Position numbers and translations under genes: made by a program. 64,000 nucleotides of DNA from Candidatus Zhuqueibacterota bacterium (lineage in GTDB: Bacteria > SM23-31): positions 2,270 to 66,269 of the forward strand of contig JBHPLC010000004.1 in NCBI GenBank assembly GCA_042564455.1, written 5' to 3'. Shown here in pieces: positions 45,877-55,711 of the stretch (positions within the stretch are counted from its first letter, which is position 1; each line of letters starts with the position of its first letter). The notes under the pieces are model-generated. The model ran no database searches and had not been told where the DNA came from. It saw only the letters and a program-made list of their open reading frames with translations.

Positions 45877-48800
45877 TCAATTTTCAATACCTTTTAACAC
45901 TTCACTTACTGCTTTTGAAATTTCCTTTATCCTGAACGGTTTCTGAATAAAACCTTTCGCACCTTTTTTGATCATGTCAACAGCTTTTCCTTCCTGACTG
46001 TATCCGCTTGATAAGAGTACTTTTACCTCAGGATCAATTTTTTTAAGCATGTCAAATGTTTCTTTGCCCGCCATATTAGGCATAATCAGGTCAAGAACCA
46101 CAAGATCTATATTATTCTTATACTGCTGATACATGCTGACACCTTCGATCCCGTCTTTTGCGATCAGGACTTTATAACCCATTTTCTTGAGGATCTTCTG
46201 AGCAAGCTGCCTTACATTCTCTTCATCATCAACTACTAAAATTGTTGCATCTCCGTTCAAAAAACTCATCTCTTCTTTTTCTTCGACGGCGGTTTTTTCA
46301 GATCCCGGAAAATATATATTAAAAGTTACACCTTCTCCGGGAGAGCTGAACAGATTAATGTAGCCACCGTGATTTTTTATTATTCCGTATACAGAAGCCA
46401 GACCCAGACCTGTTCCCTCACTTTCTCCCTTAGTTGAGAAAAACGGTTCAAAAGCATGGTTTTTAACTTCCTCGGACATTCCGACTTCGGTATCAGATAT
46501 CGACACCTTCACATATTTTCCTGTTTTAAATTCCGGATTTTTTATGACAAATTCCTGATCAAATACAATATTTTCTGTTTTGAAGGTAATTTCACCGCCC
46601 TTTGGCATCGCATCCCGTGAGTTTATGATCAAATTGGTGATCACCTGGTTGATCTGGTGTCTGTCCGCCTCAATATTATGAATATTTTCATCCAGCAGAT
46701 ACTTCACCTCAATATTCTTTTCAAATATTTTTTCCGAAACCTGCATCGTATCAAGAATTTCATTATTAATATTCAGAGGAGCCGGATTAAATTTCCCTTT
46801 TCTTGAAAAACTCAGGAGCTGAGTAGTCAGGTCGGCAGCTCTTTCCGCACCTTTAAGTATAACTTCTGCTGCCTGCCCTTCAGATGTTTCCGGATCACTA
46901 AACTGAATTTTAAGCAGCTCGGCATATCCCATGATCCCGACAAGAATATTATTGAAATCATGAGCAACACCACCGGCCATTCTTCCGATCGATTCCATCT
47001 TTTGAGCATGAAACAGCTGTTCTTCCAACGTTTTTTTCTCTTTAAAAGATTTTTGGCGTTCAGTTATATCTATTACTGTCACGGCAATGAGCAAAGGAGA
47101 GTTCGCTTCTCCGGATATCGTATAGGCATTTACTAATGTGGGGAATTCCTCGCCCCTGTTATTTACAAACCATACTTCTTTGGTTTCGAAACCTGAAGTC
47201 TTCTTCAGTTCCTGAAGCGATTTTTTCAGACTATTTACCTGATCCTTTTTTATGAAACTGAAAATATTACCATAATCAGAACCGTTTTCGTCTATACAGC
47301 AGCATTTGGTAAAAGTATTATTGGCATATATTATGTTACCTTGAAAATCACAGATCAGGGTACCGTAGTTAGCATTATCAGCTATGGTTCTAAATTTTTT
47401 ATATTCCTCTTCTGCTCTCTTACGGGTGGTGATGTTCTCAAATGCCACACCTATTCTGTTCTCCGGCATCTCGAACGATCTGATACGGAATGCACCTTCA
47501 AGCTTGTTGTCTTTATAATTCAATTCTTCAGTATCATAGAGTTTGCCCGTTTTTGCTACATGCAGTAAATCCAGTTTGAATTTACTCGCTTCAGGCCAGA
47601 TTTCATTAAATTCCTTCCCGATCCAGTCCTTGGCATAGACTCCTGTCTGAGCAGCTGCTGCAGGATTGCCGTCCACAAGAAATAATTTATCCGGTGGGAT
47701 ATAATCATAAATATAAAGCCCTGATGGAATTGCATTTTTTATATCTTCCGACACTTTTATCGATTTGTTAAGCTCTATATCAGCCAGTTTCAGATCTGTT
47801 ATATCGCGTATTGAACCTACGATTTTGGATTCCTGTTTATCCTTCTTGAAAATGCTTAATAGTATTGCGTTCACAGAACAATATCTTATATCACCGTCTT
47901 TATTTTCAACTGTAATCCTGAAATTTATAACTCTCCCGGATTTATCCAGTTCTTTTATGAATTTTTTCCTTTCGTTCGGATCTGCATAAAAATCAATTAG
48001 AGAACTGTTTATAATTTCATTTCTGCTGACGCCGAATAAATTTTCACATGACGGGCTTATTTCTAATACCTTTCCTTCAATCGTTTCCTCGAAATATACA
48101 TCCTGAATATTATTAAAAATAGCCTGGTATTTTGCTTCACTATCCCTTAGTTCTATTTCAGCTTCTTTTTGTTTGGTTATATCTCTTGCAATACCTAAAG
48201 TTCCAAGAAAAGAATCAGATTCCGGAACGGGAGTCTCATAGTACCCTTCAGCGTTGACAATAATTACCGGATCCTGGTCTATACCGATGGATCTTTCTTC
48301 AAATTGGATACTGCTTTTATCTTTTTTCAGCAATCTTAATTCAAGATTCTTCGTACTCCTCTCACCGGTCCTGCGTTCACCAATTCTATATGCGGCTTTT
48401 TCCCGGTCATCCGGGTGAATAATGTCTATTATGTTTGTTCCCGATAGTTCCTCCGGTGTATACCCGTATTCAGTTATTGCATTATTGATGAATAATATTT
48501 CACCATGTTCATTTAATCTGTAGATTATATCAGGGGCATTGTTTATCATCATGTTCAGGATTATTTCTGAATTCTTTAAGGCTTTTTCGGTTTTCCTGAG
48601 GTCGGTTACATCTTCAATCTCGGCTAATTCAAAAGCGGGATTATCTTCACAATCACTTATAATAGATACTTTGGTGAATCCATTTATAACATCACCGTTT
48701 TTGCATACATATTTCTTTTCCAGTTCAAACTTATCAATTTTACCTGCCCATAATTTCTTTCTTAACTCCGAAGTTTTACTTATATAATCCGGATGAGTTA

Positions 48801-49068
48801 AATCGTTGACGGACATTTTAAGAAATTCTTCTAATGAGTATCCAATCATTTTGCAGAATGATTCATTGGCAGACCTGAATCTTCCGTTTCTGTTAACCGT
48901 AACAATTCCGATCTGTGCATTCTCAATTGTCCGGACCAGAAGTTCCTTATTCCTGCATAATTCCTGTTCTTTTGCCTTCAGCTTTTCAACTAAGGAATTA
49001 TTCTTCTTTTGTGTTTTTTCCAGATCTTTCACTTTCTGCTGTAATTCTTCATACGCAGATTTACCCAA
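45877..49068 (-). CDS. Hybrid sensor histidine kinase/response regulator with multiple PAS domains
   Basis: PAS modules. HisKA 'GGVAHDFNNIL'. HATPase 'GTGLGLASVYGII'. C-terminal receiver 'VVLDLIMPNMAG...KPF'. Confidence 0.85.
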   Translation of the reverse strand: MGKSAYEELQQKVKDLEKTQKKNNSLVEKLKAKEQELCRNKELLVRTIENAQIGIVTVNRNGRFRSANESFCKMIGYSLEEFLKMSVNDLTHPDYISKTSELRKKLWAGKIDKFELEKKYVCKNGDVINGFTKVSIISDCEDNPAFELAEIEDVTDLRKTEKALKNSEIILNMMINNAPDIIYRLNEHGEILFINNAITEYGYTPEELSGTNIIDIIHPDDREKAAYRIGERRTGERSTKNLELRLLKKDKSSIQFEERSIGIDQDPVIIVNAEGYYETPVPESDSFLGTLGIARDITKQKEAEIELRDSEAKYQAIFNNIQDVYFEETIEGKVLEISPSCENLFGVSRNEIINSSLIDFYADPNERKKFIKELDKSGRVINFRITVENKDGDIRYCSVNAILLSIFKKDKQESKIVGSIRDITDLKLADIELNKSIKVSEDIKNAIPSGLYIYDYIPPDKLFLVDGNPAAAAQTGVYAKDWIGKEFNEIWPEASKFKLDLLHVAKTGKLYDTEELNYKDNKLEGAFRIRSFEMPENRIGVAFENITTRKRAEEEYKKFRTIADNANYGTLICDFQGNIIYANNTFTKCCCIDENGSDYGNIFSFIKKDQVNSLKKSLQELKKTSGFETKEVWFVNNRGEEFPTLVNAYTISGEANSPLLIAVTVIDITERQKSFKEKKTLEEQLFHAQKMESIGRMAGGVAHDFNNILVGIMGYAELLKIQFSDPETSEGQAAEVILKGAERAADLTTQLLSFSRKGKFNPAPLNINNEILDTMQVSEKIFEKNIEVKYLLDENIHNIEADRHQINQVITNLIINSRDAMPKGGEITFKTENIVFDQEFVIKNPEFKTGKYVKVSISDTEVGMSEEVKNHAFEPFFSTKGESEGTGLGLASVYGIIKNHGGYINLFSSPGEGVTFNIYFPGSEKTAVEEKEEMSFLNGDATILVVDDEENVRQLAQKILKKMGYKVLIAKDGIEGVSMYQQYKNNIDLVVLDLIMPNMAGKETFDMLKKIDPEVKVLLSSGYSQEGKAVDMIKKGAKGFIQKPFRIKEISKAVSEVLKGIEN

Positions 49069-49269
49069 AATGTACCTCGGATTAAATTAACCAAAGCAGC
49101 CAATCGGAAAATTGCAATAATCATTCCTAAAATAACTAATTTTCAATAGTTTTTTCCATGTTGTTATATTTAAATATGTTATAAGTTTTTTTGATGTTGA
49201 GGAAATGAAATAAGAAGATATAAATCAATGGATATGTACAAAATTATACACAAATTCAGTCACTGCACT

Positions 49270-49887
49270 TTAGATAATGATCACCCATCCCCATATCAAT
49301 GCAGTGAGAAATGCCGGGCTGATATAGGCCAATCGGGGATAATTGTCAAGCTTGATCCCTCCGTTTCGTCCCATATTATATCCGAGAGGCACAATAAAAG
49401 CAGCTATTACTGCTGTTAAAGTTCCGCCGTTAAAGACATGATCAATGACACGCGGCAGACCCAGCTCCGCCCACCGTTCATTTTTAAATACATATGTGGT
49501 AAATAATGCAAAAACAGCCCTGGCTCCGTAAGCGCTTACGAAACCGATTAATCCGTATCTGATATTAACCTTTTTCCCGGTTTTTGCAAAGTAGGTAGCA
49601 AAACAATCGAACATCAGGCCCAGAGCAAATATTGCCAGGAGATGGCAGTAATTGGGAGAGGTGTTTACCAGCCTGAATATTACAGCTATACTTCCGATTA
49701 TGGTTGAAGTCCCCATTTTATCGATCCCGCCGCGTCCGACTGCAAGTATAAACAGCGAAAACAATCCCAGCCATACCGAGGTAAACGGTATGTCAAGGTC
49801 AAACATGAGCTCGCCGCCCGTTATTTCAAAAACGCCCCATAACGAACCAAGCATTAACATCCAAAGCCATGCTTTTTTGCTGTACAT
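49270..49887 (-). CDS. Polytopic membrane protein, unknown function
   Basis: 205 aa, about six hydrophobic helices. No motif recognised. Confidence 0.45.
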   Translation of the reverse strand: MYSKKAWLWMLMLGSLWGVFEITGGELMFDLDIPFTSVWLGLFSLFILAVGRGGIDKMGTSTIIGSIAVIFRLVNTSPNYCHLLAIFALGLMFDCFATYFAKTGKKVNIRYGLIGFVSAYGARAVFALFTTYVFKNERWAELGLPRVIDHVFNGGTLTAVIAAFIVPLGYNMGRNGGIKLDNYPRLAYISPAFLTALIWGWVIII

Positions 49888-49923
49888 TACTCCTCCAGAA
49901 AATACACGCTAATAAAATCTTTC

Positions 49924-51237
49924 TTAGAAAACCGATTCGACCAGCCAGTTAACACCGACTAAAACTATTGCTATCGGTATCACATATCTGATCCATAAAT
50001 ACAGAAATTTGGGAAATTGTTTTCCGCTTCCTTCCGCCGCTTCCTTTAATACCGCAGACCTTTTGATACACCACCCAACAGTAATGACCGAAAACAGCGA
50101 ACCAACCACCTGCATTCCCGATCCGAACAGCAGATCCCAGGGAACAAATATCTTATAATTTATCATCGGAGGCAGAGCAAGAAAAAGTACGATCGAACAG
50201 CACAAGAGCACTGCTCTTTTCCTGTTTATCTTTGTATTATCAACGATTCCTGCTACAAGCACTTCGAATGCTGCAACATCGGATAAAAATGCTGCCCCGA
50301 AAAGTCCGGAAAAGAACATCAGTCCAAATATCCAGCCTGCGGGGATCATCGAAAATGTATTCGGGAGTGTTGAGAAAATCAATCCCGGACCGGATGCTGG
50401 CTCAAGGCCGAATGAGAACACTGCCGGAAAGATCGCAAATCCGGCAAGAAGACCGGCAGCTGAAGCGCCGATCCCGGTATATATTGCATTCTTCGGGATA
50501 TCCGCATCTTCATTAAGATACGATCCGTAGATCACCATGAATGTGCCGCCGAGCGACATGGAAAAGAACGCCATCCCCATGGACGCCGCCATAACGGACG
50601 GTGTCAGCTCCGAGAACCGGAAACCGCCGATATACCACTTGATCCCTTCGATCGAGTTTTCAAGTGTGACCGACCGGATTATCAGGATGATCAGGATCAC
50701 AAAGAGGGTCGGTACAATTATTTTGCTGACTTTCTCGATCCCTTTTCTCAGACCTTTTATCAGGACAATCCCGCATAAACCTATAACAACACAGGACATC
50801 AGGATCTGCAGCAGAAAAGCCTGCAGGTTAAACCCTTCGTCAGGCGGCAGGATATTACCGGCATTCAGATTTCCCCCGAAACCGTTCACTATCTCGCCGA
50901 TGGCATGATAACCGACCCAGCCGACGGCATTTGAATAATACCCTGTTGCGCAGAAAACTATAAAGAACAGAAAATATCCTATGTACTTCCCGCCGGGAAA
51001 ACTGCCTCTCTCAAATGCTCCGAGCGTGCCCCTCTTTGTATATCTGCCAAGTGTCCATTCTGCCATCAGCGCCGGGATACCGACAAAAAACACGACCGCC
51101 ATATAAAAAAGCACAAAAGCAGCACCGCCGAACTTACCTACCATATAGGGGAACCGCCAGACAGCGCCGAGACCGACTGCAACACCGATCATCGTCATTA
51201 TCAGACCGAATTGCGATACGAACGTTTCTCTCTTCAA
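49924..51237 (-). CDS. Sodium-dependent transporter, neurotransmitter:sodium symporter (SNF) family
   Basis: 'GLGAVWRFPYMVGKFGGAAF' hallmark; about 11-12 TM helices. Confidence 0.8.
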   Translation of the reverse strand: MKRETFVSQFGLIMTMIGVAVGLGAVWRFPYMVGKFGGAAFVLFYMAVVFFVGIPALMAEWTLGRYTKRGTLGAFERGSFPGGKYIGYFLFFIVFCATGYYSNAVGWVGYHAIGEIVNGFGGNLNAGNILPPDEGFNLQAFLLQILMSCVVIGLCGIVLIKGLRKGIEKVSKIIVPTLFVILIILIIRSVTLENSIEGIKWYIGGFRFSELTPSVMAASMGMAFFSMSLGGTFMVIYGSYLNEDADIPKNAIYTGIGASAAGLLAGFAIFPAVFSFGLEPASGPGLIFSTLPNTFSMIPAGWIFGLMFFSGLFGAAFLSDVAAFEVLVAGIVDNTKINRKRAVLLCCSIVLFLALPPMINYKIFVPWDLLFGSGMQVVGSLFSVITVGWCIKRSAVLKEAAEGSGKQFPKFLYLWIRYVIPIAIVLVGVNWLVESVF

Positions 51238-51262
51238 TCGAATTCTCCGTCAGCTGCTAATT

Positions 51263-53083
51263 CTATTTTCCGCTCTGTTTATTATCTTCCTGATCCCATT
51301 TATGTATCTTGTAATACTCGTCTACCATCTTATTTATGTTCACGGTTGAACCTTTGGTCGGTCCCTTTTTCAACGGTTCTTTTGTGAACCGGTCCGGGAG
51401 ACTGTCATCTTTCCTGGAAAGCCCGAATTTTTTATTGAACTTATGGTCACGGTCAACTGCATCGTTCAGTATCTTTTCAAGATATGCAGGTCTGTATTTT
51501 ACTCCCGTCCCGGCGGTTAATAACTTTGAAGTCTTCTCAAAGCTCAGGACATCCATACAAAGACCGACATTCTTGCACATCGTCAGGCAGTCGGTCAGCA
51601 GGGCTATCTTTTCCGACCAGCAGACCAGTGCAGCTTTTCCATCTTCTGCCAGACGGTCAGCCGCTTTTTCCGTCCCGAACCGCTTCTTTGCTTCTTCTTT
51701 CCTGTTGGTCAGCTCAAAATAAGGCTCGGCTCTCAGGTGGTCGGCGCCCCGGGATGCTATCGCATAAGTAAGTCCGTAGGCCTTTATCCCGCGTGGATCA
51801 CCGCAGATAATGTCCAGCCCCTTGACGTGCATGGCAAGCTCCTGGGCCTCTTTGCTGAAATCCAGCGACATATTTCTCGTCCCGTTTGCCATTTTATCAC
51901 CGATACCGCGCCTGTTGGCTATCATATCCACTGCTTCACGTATTTTATCCGTTTCACCCCATTTTATCTTGAATCCGTCAAGGTCTTCCGGGCTGATCAA
52001 CCCTTTTTCCTGACATTCCATGATCCAGCTTATCACCTCGGAAGCCGTGATAGAGTCCATCCCCATCTGGTTAAGTGTCATGTTCATTTCGAGAGCGAAC
52101 GGCAGGCTCCTGTTGCCTATCCGCGATGTGAATCCGCATAATGTCTCGAATTCCGGTCCTTCCGCTTCGATCCCGTCCACTACATAATACCTCGAACAGT
52201 GCAGGTTGCAGTTAAAACATGCCTTGTTCTTCACTTTGAATTTTTTCGCAAGTGTCTGGCCGGATACTTCGTCGACATACTCGCAGACTCCATCCTGAAA
52301 ATGATTGGTCGGCAGTATACCGATACCGTTGAGGTCTTTCATGAGCATGGTCGTTCCGAATGAATACCGCTTGAGGTACTCGTTATGCCTCATTATGGCA
52401 TCTTCGATATCCTTGACTTGCTCCATAAACTTGATAGGTTCGGCGACTTCAAGAGGTTTGCCTCCCCGGACACATATCGCCTTCAGGTTCTTGGAACCCA
52501 TCACAGCACCCATTCCAGTCCTGCCGTTGACCCTGTTCCCGCTGGAAACGATCGTTGAGTAGAGCACTTTATTTTCACCTGCGGGTCCTATGGCCGCTAC
52601 CTGGATCGAATGGTCCCTCTGAGCATTTCGGATCATTGCCGTAGATTCAACAACGATCTTTCCTTTAAGTTCGGGGCATTCGACAAAATCAGCGCCGTTC
52701 TCGGTGATCATAAGGTACAGCAGTTTATCTGCTTTACCGGTGATAATTATCTGGTCGAAACCTGTCAGTTTCATTTCGGGAGCGAACTGTCCACCCGCCG
52801 CCGAATCACCCAGGATCCCGGTCAGCGGGGATTTCGCCGTTACGGTAAAATAGGCCGAAGCCGGCAGATATGAACCGGTCAGGGGTCCCACACCAAATAT
52901 CAGCAGATTATCCGGACCTAACGGATCACATTTGTGGTTCAGTTCCTGGAACAACCTCTTGGAATTTGCCGCTCTGCCGCCGATAACATTCTTGATCCAC
53001 CGGGGATCGAGCCTTTCGATCCTGAAACTTCTGTTTGTCAGATCGACTCTTAATATTTTTCCTCCGTACCCGTATTTAAGCAT
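51263..53083 (-). CDS. aor: Aldehyde:ferredoxin oxidoreductase family (tungstopterin enzyme)
   Basis: 'YGYGGKILRVDLT' N-terminus. 'GRTGMGAVMGSKNLKA'. C-terminal 'LTDCLTMCKNVG'. 606 aa. Confidence 0.8.
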   Translation of the reverse strand: MLKYGYGGKILRVDLTNRSFRIERLDPRWIKNVIGGRAANSKRLFQELNHKCDPLGPDNLLIFGVGPLTGSYLPASAYFTVTAKSPLTGILGDSAAGGQFAPEMKLTGFDQIIITGKADKLLYLMITENGADFVECPELKGKIVVESTAMIRNAQRDHSIQVAAIGPAGENKVLYSTIVSSGNRVNGRTGMGAVMGSKNLKAICVRGGKPLEVAEPIKFMEQVKDIEDAIMRHNEYLKRYSFGTTMLMKDLNGIGILPTNHFQDGVCEYVDEVSGQTLAKKFKVKNKACFNCNLHCSRYYVVDGIEAEGPEFETLCGFTSRIGNRSLPFALEMNMTLNQMGMDSITASEVISWIMECQEKGLISPEDLDGFKIKWGETDKIREAVDMIANRRGIGDKMANGTRNMSLDFSKEAQELAMHVKGLDIICGDPRGIKAYGLTYAIASRGADHLRAEPYFELTNRKEEAKKRFGTEKAADRLAEDGKAALVCWSEKIALLTDCLTMCKNVGLCMDVLSFEKTSKLLTAGTGVKYRPAYLEKILNDAVDRDHKFNKKFGLSRKDDSLPDRFTKEPLKKGPTKGSTVNINKMVDEYYKIHKWDQEDNKQSGK

Positions 53084-53591
53084 TTGCCGCCCTCCATTTC
53101 TTCCTGAGGTCAGCGCCGAGTTTCTTTATGTAATAATCCCGTTTCTCGCTGGGATTCATCTTTTTCGTGATTTTCTTGATATCCTCTAACGATATACGGG
53201 TATCACTTTCTTCATATATTATAGCGCCTTCTGTGCAGGCTTCAACACATTTCGGCCTTCCGCCGCATAGATCACAGACATATGCAAAATCCTCAAACAG
53301 CTCAAAAGCCCCTATCGGGCAGTTTTTCTCACATGCACCGCAGAGGTCACACATTGTCGGTGAAACGATTATCTGCCCGTACACTCCGACCGTTACGGCA
53401 TCATTCGGGCATCGTGCACAGTACTGTTCGAGGCAGTTGGTGCAGAAAACCGGTCCGTCGATCCCGGTCTCGTATATGTTGAGCACCTTGATCCGCGACA
53501 TCCGGTTATTTATCTTTCCTGTCCGGTAAAAAGCGCAGGCGGTCTCACACCTTTTGCATCCGGTACATTTGCTTATATCAAACTTTATCAA
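53076..53591 (-). CDS. 4Fe-4S dicluster ferredoxin-domain protein
   Basis: 'CTGCKRCETAC', 'CDLCGACEKNCP', 'CDLCGGRPKCVEAC'. 8-nt overlap with the AOR gene. Confidence 0.8.
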   Translation of the reverse strand: MIKFDISKCTGCKRCETACAFYRTGKINNRMSRIKVLNIYETGIDGPVFCTNCLEQYCARCPNDAVTVGVYGQIIVSPTMCDLCGACEKNCPIGAFELFEDFAYVCDLCGGRPKCVEACTEGAIIYEESDTRISLEDIKKITKKMNPSEKRDYYIKKLGADLRKKWRAANA

Positions 53592-53751
53592 TATTCCCTC
53601 ATATTATACGAATTGATTTTCAACATTGATCTGTAGGACAATTATTCATTAGTTGTATAATTTTCCTTCTTCACATCCCCCTTAATCCCCCTTCAAAGGG
53701 GGAATTTTCCATTGTCATCGAGAAATTTTAAATACTCACAACTCAAGTAAT

Positions 53752-53777
53752 AGTAGGACAGACATTCTTGTCTGTCA
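53752..53777. repeat. GTAGGACAGACA palindromic element
   Basis: agtaggacagacattcttgtctgtca; perfect 8-bp stem gacagaca/tgtctgtc. Confidence 0.75.
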
Positions 53778-54010
53778 AAATCTGTGTTTTCATCTCCTCC
53801 GTCTGTACTGCTAAGCGTAATCTGAATTTAAAGGTTAGAATCAGAACCTGATCCCGCAAATGCGGGATAGGGTGATATTATTTCATTTTGATTTCATAGT
53901 AATATCTTTTTTATTTCCCCTTTAGAGGGTGACTTCCCTTTTTATTCCCCCTTGGTTCGTCCTGCCTCGCCGGTAGTTCCTGGAACGCCAAAGGCGACTG
54001 GCGGGTATGC

Positions 54011-54145
54011 GACCTTTGAAGGAGAACCTCTTTTAAATTCCCCCTTGGTTCGCTTACAGCGACCTTTGAAGGAGAACCTCTTTTAAATTCCCCCTTGGTT
54101 CGCTTACAGCGACCTTTGAAGGTGAACCTCTCTTAAATTCCCCCT
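54011..54145. repeat. 50-bp tandem repeat, about 2.7 copies
   Basis: gacctttgaaggagaacctcttttaaattcccccttggttcgcttacagc at 54011-54060 and 54061-54110 (identical). Partial third copy with 2 substitutions from 54111. Confidence 0.9.
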
Positions 54146-54246
54146 TTGAAGGGGGATAAAGGGGGATGTTATTCTTTAAAAATATGGCATTCTATATTTT
54201 GATAATACATAATATTCAGAATATAATATAACTGTAAATAACTTCG

Positions 54247-54519
54247 TTATTTGATGACATCAAGACGGTACTGGACAAGCCCTTTCGGATCGGGGCAGGA
54301 GAACCTTTCTATCTTCCTGACCCAGTGTTCCTTTTTTAGATTTTTTTGTTCGTTCAGTATCGGGAAAACCGGCATCATGCTCTGCAGCGCCCATATACAC
54401 ACGTGCTGTCCCTCCGGAACGGTCAGTTTTGAATCCTCGATAAAAAAATGGTCGCCGACATGCACCGGCAGGTTGCAGTAGCCGTCTATTTTTTCAACCG
54501 TTACCTTTATCCTTGCCAT
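54247..54519 (-). CDS. TIGR04076-like small protein
   Basis: 90 aa. 'MARIKVTVEKIDGYCNLPVHVGDHFFIED...PEGQHVCIWAL'. Confidence 0.45.
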   Translation of the reverse strand: MARIKVTVEKIDGYCNLPVHVGDHFFIEDSKLTVPEGQHVCIWALQSMMPVFPILNEQKNLKKEHWVRKIERFSCPDPKGLVQYRLDVIK

Positions 54520-54730
54520 ACGGTCTCCTTATCCGGACATAAAATCATAGAAAACATATTATATTAAATTTGAAAATACAGAATCCACCCGGCATGTAAT
54601 GTAAAAATTTACCTGCCTCTTTTGCAAGCTATATTATGAATATTTATAAGGAAGGAATTTATTCAATTTTATTACTTTTGGAGTATCTATAAGCTTGATT
54701 TAAGATAATGTCCTGTCAGAGATGACAACA

Positions 54731-55675
54731 CTATTTAAAACCGTCTCCTTTTATCAATCCAAGTTCATAAACATAATTTCCTGTTTTAATGTCTTCATCT
54801 ACATAATAATATGGCCAATTTTTGTTATCCAATAGATCTTCAGTAATATTGAATGAGGAATCCGAAACAAATACGCCTTCTTCGGAAATTTCATTAAGAG
54901 GAATATTCAAACTTTCCGGCCATTTTACCGGACGTATGCCTTTTTTGATTCTCAGATAAAAACCTGAAGATAACTCGGAATAGGTTTTGGAATAACCTCC
55001 ACTACTGTTTATTTCATATAGCAGATCCCCTTCAAAATACATGACTTTCTTATCACTTAGATAATAATCCTTGAAGTGGTTGAATATTTCCTCCGAGACA
55101 TACACTCTTTCATAATTGTAATCCGAAAGCTTTACAATATCACTGAATGGCCATTCTTCAATCAGAATTTTCTCTTTTAAGCAAACTTTTCCGCAATCAA
55201 CATTTTCTTTCAAATTTTCAATTATTATTTCCAGTTCATTTACTATATTTGAAATGAAACTAAAATATTCAGAATGTCCATACATAGTTACAGTATTGCT
55301 TTTTACCTGTGATATATATGTTATTTTATATACAAAGGCATCCATTATTACAGTAGATTCATAATACTCATCCAGGCTTAAAAAATTATAATATTGAAGT
55401 GTTATTAAGATATGATTTATAATGTTTTGGGAAAGTGTGCTCTGAATGTCAAATTCCTGATTTTCAAAAGTGACACTATTATCGTTATAGATCCTAAGTG
55501 TTTCTGTGATACCCCCAATTCCGCCTCGCAAGACATATTCCAGAAACACTTTTGGACTTGGTTCTTCATCTGTAGCTTCAGCCGGATTTGTCGGATTGGA
55601 CGTGCAATTTAAATTTACAATCATTCCTACAGATATTATCAACAAAACAAACTTCCGTACAAAACTAATTTTCAT
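54731..55675 (-). CDS. Exported/lipoprotein-like hypothetical protein (N-terminal domain paralogous to 56582..57109)
   Basis: 'MKISFVRKFVLLIISVGMIVNLNC'. 'LRIYNDNSVTFENQEFDIQSTL' aligns with 'LKIYNNNIVTYECREINIQSEL' of the paralogue. Confidence 0.55.
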   Translation of the reverse strand: MKISFVRKFVLLIISVGMIVNLNCTSNPTNPAEATDEEPSPKVFLEYVLRGGIGGITETLRIYNDNSVTFENQEFDIQSTLSQNIINHILITLQYYNFLSLDEYYESTVIMDAFVYKITYISQVKSNTVTMYGHSEYFSFISNIVNELEIIIENLKENVDCGKVCLKEKILIEEWPFSDIVKLSDYNYERVYVSEEIFNHFKDYYLSDKKVMYFEGDLLYEINSSGGYSKTYSELSSGFYLRIKKGIRPVKWPESLNIPLNEISEEGVFVSDSSFNITEDLLDNKNWPYYYVDEDIKTGNYVYELGLIKGDGFK

Positions 55676-55711
55676 TATATTAACTCCCTATAAAATTTCA
55701 TAGCGCTCTAC

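Larger units (their letters stand above)
53673..54169. mobile_element. MITE-like 497-bp unit bounded by 33-bp inverted repeats (32/33 match)
   Basis: acatcccccttaatcccccttcaaagggggaat (53673-53705) versus the reverse complement of 54137-54169 (acatccccctttatcccccttcaaagggggaat). The interior has no ORF and carries other repeat types. Confidence 0.35.

Noticed and set aside
54011-54145. Possible CRISPR array, because of the regular 50-bp repeats
   Set aside because: The repeat units abut directly with no unique spacers. There are only about 2.7 copies and no cas genes in the window, so this is a plain tandem repeat.
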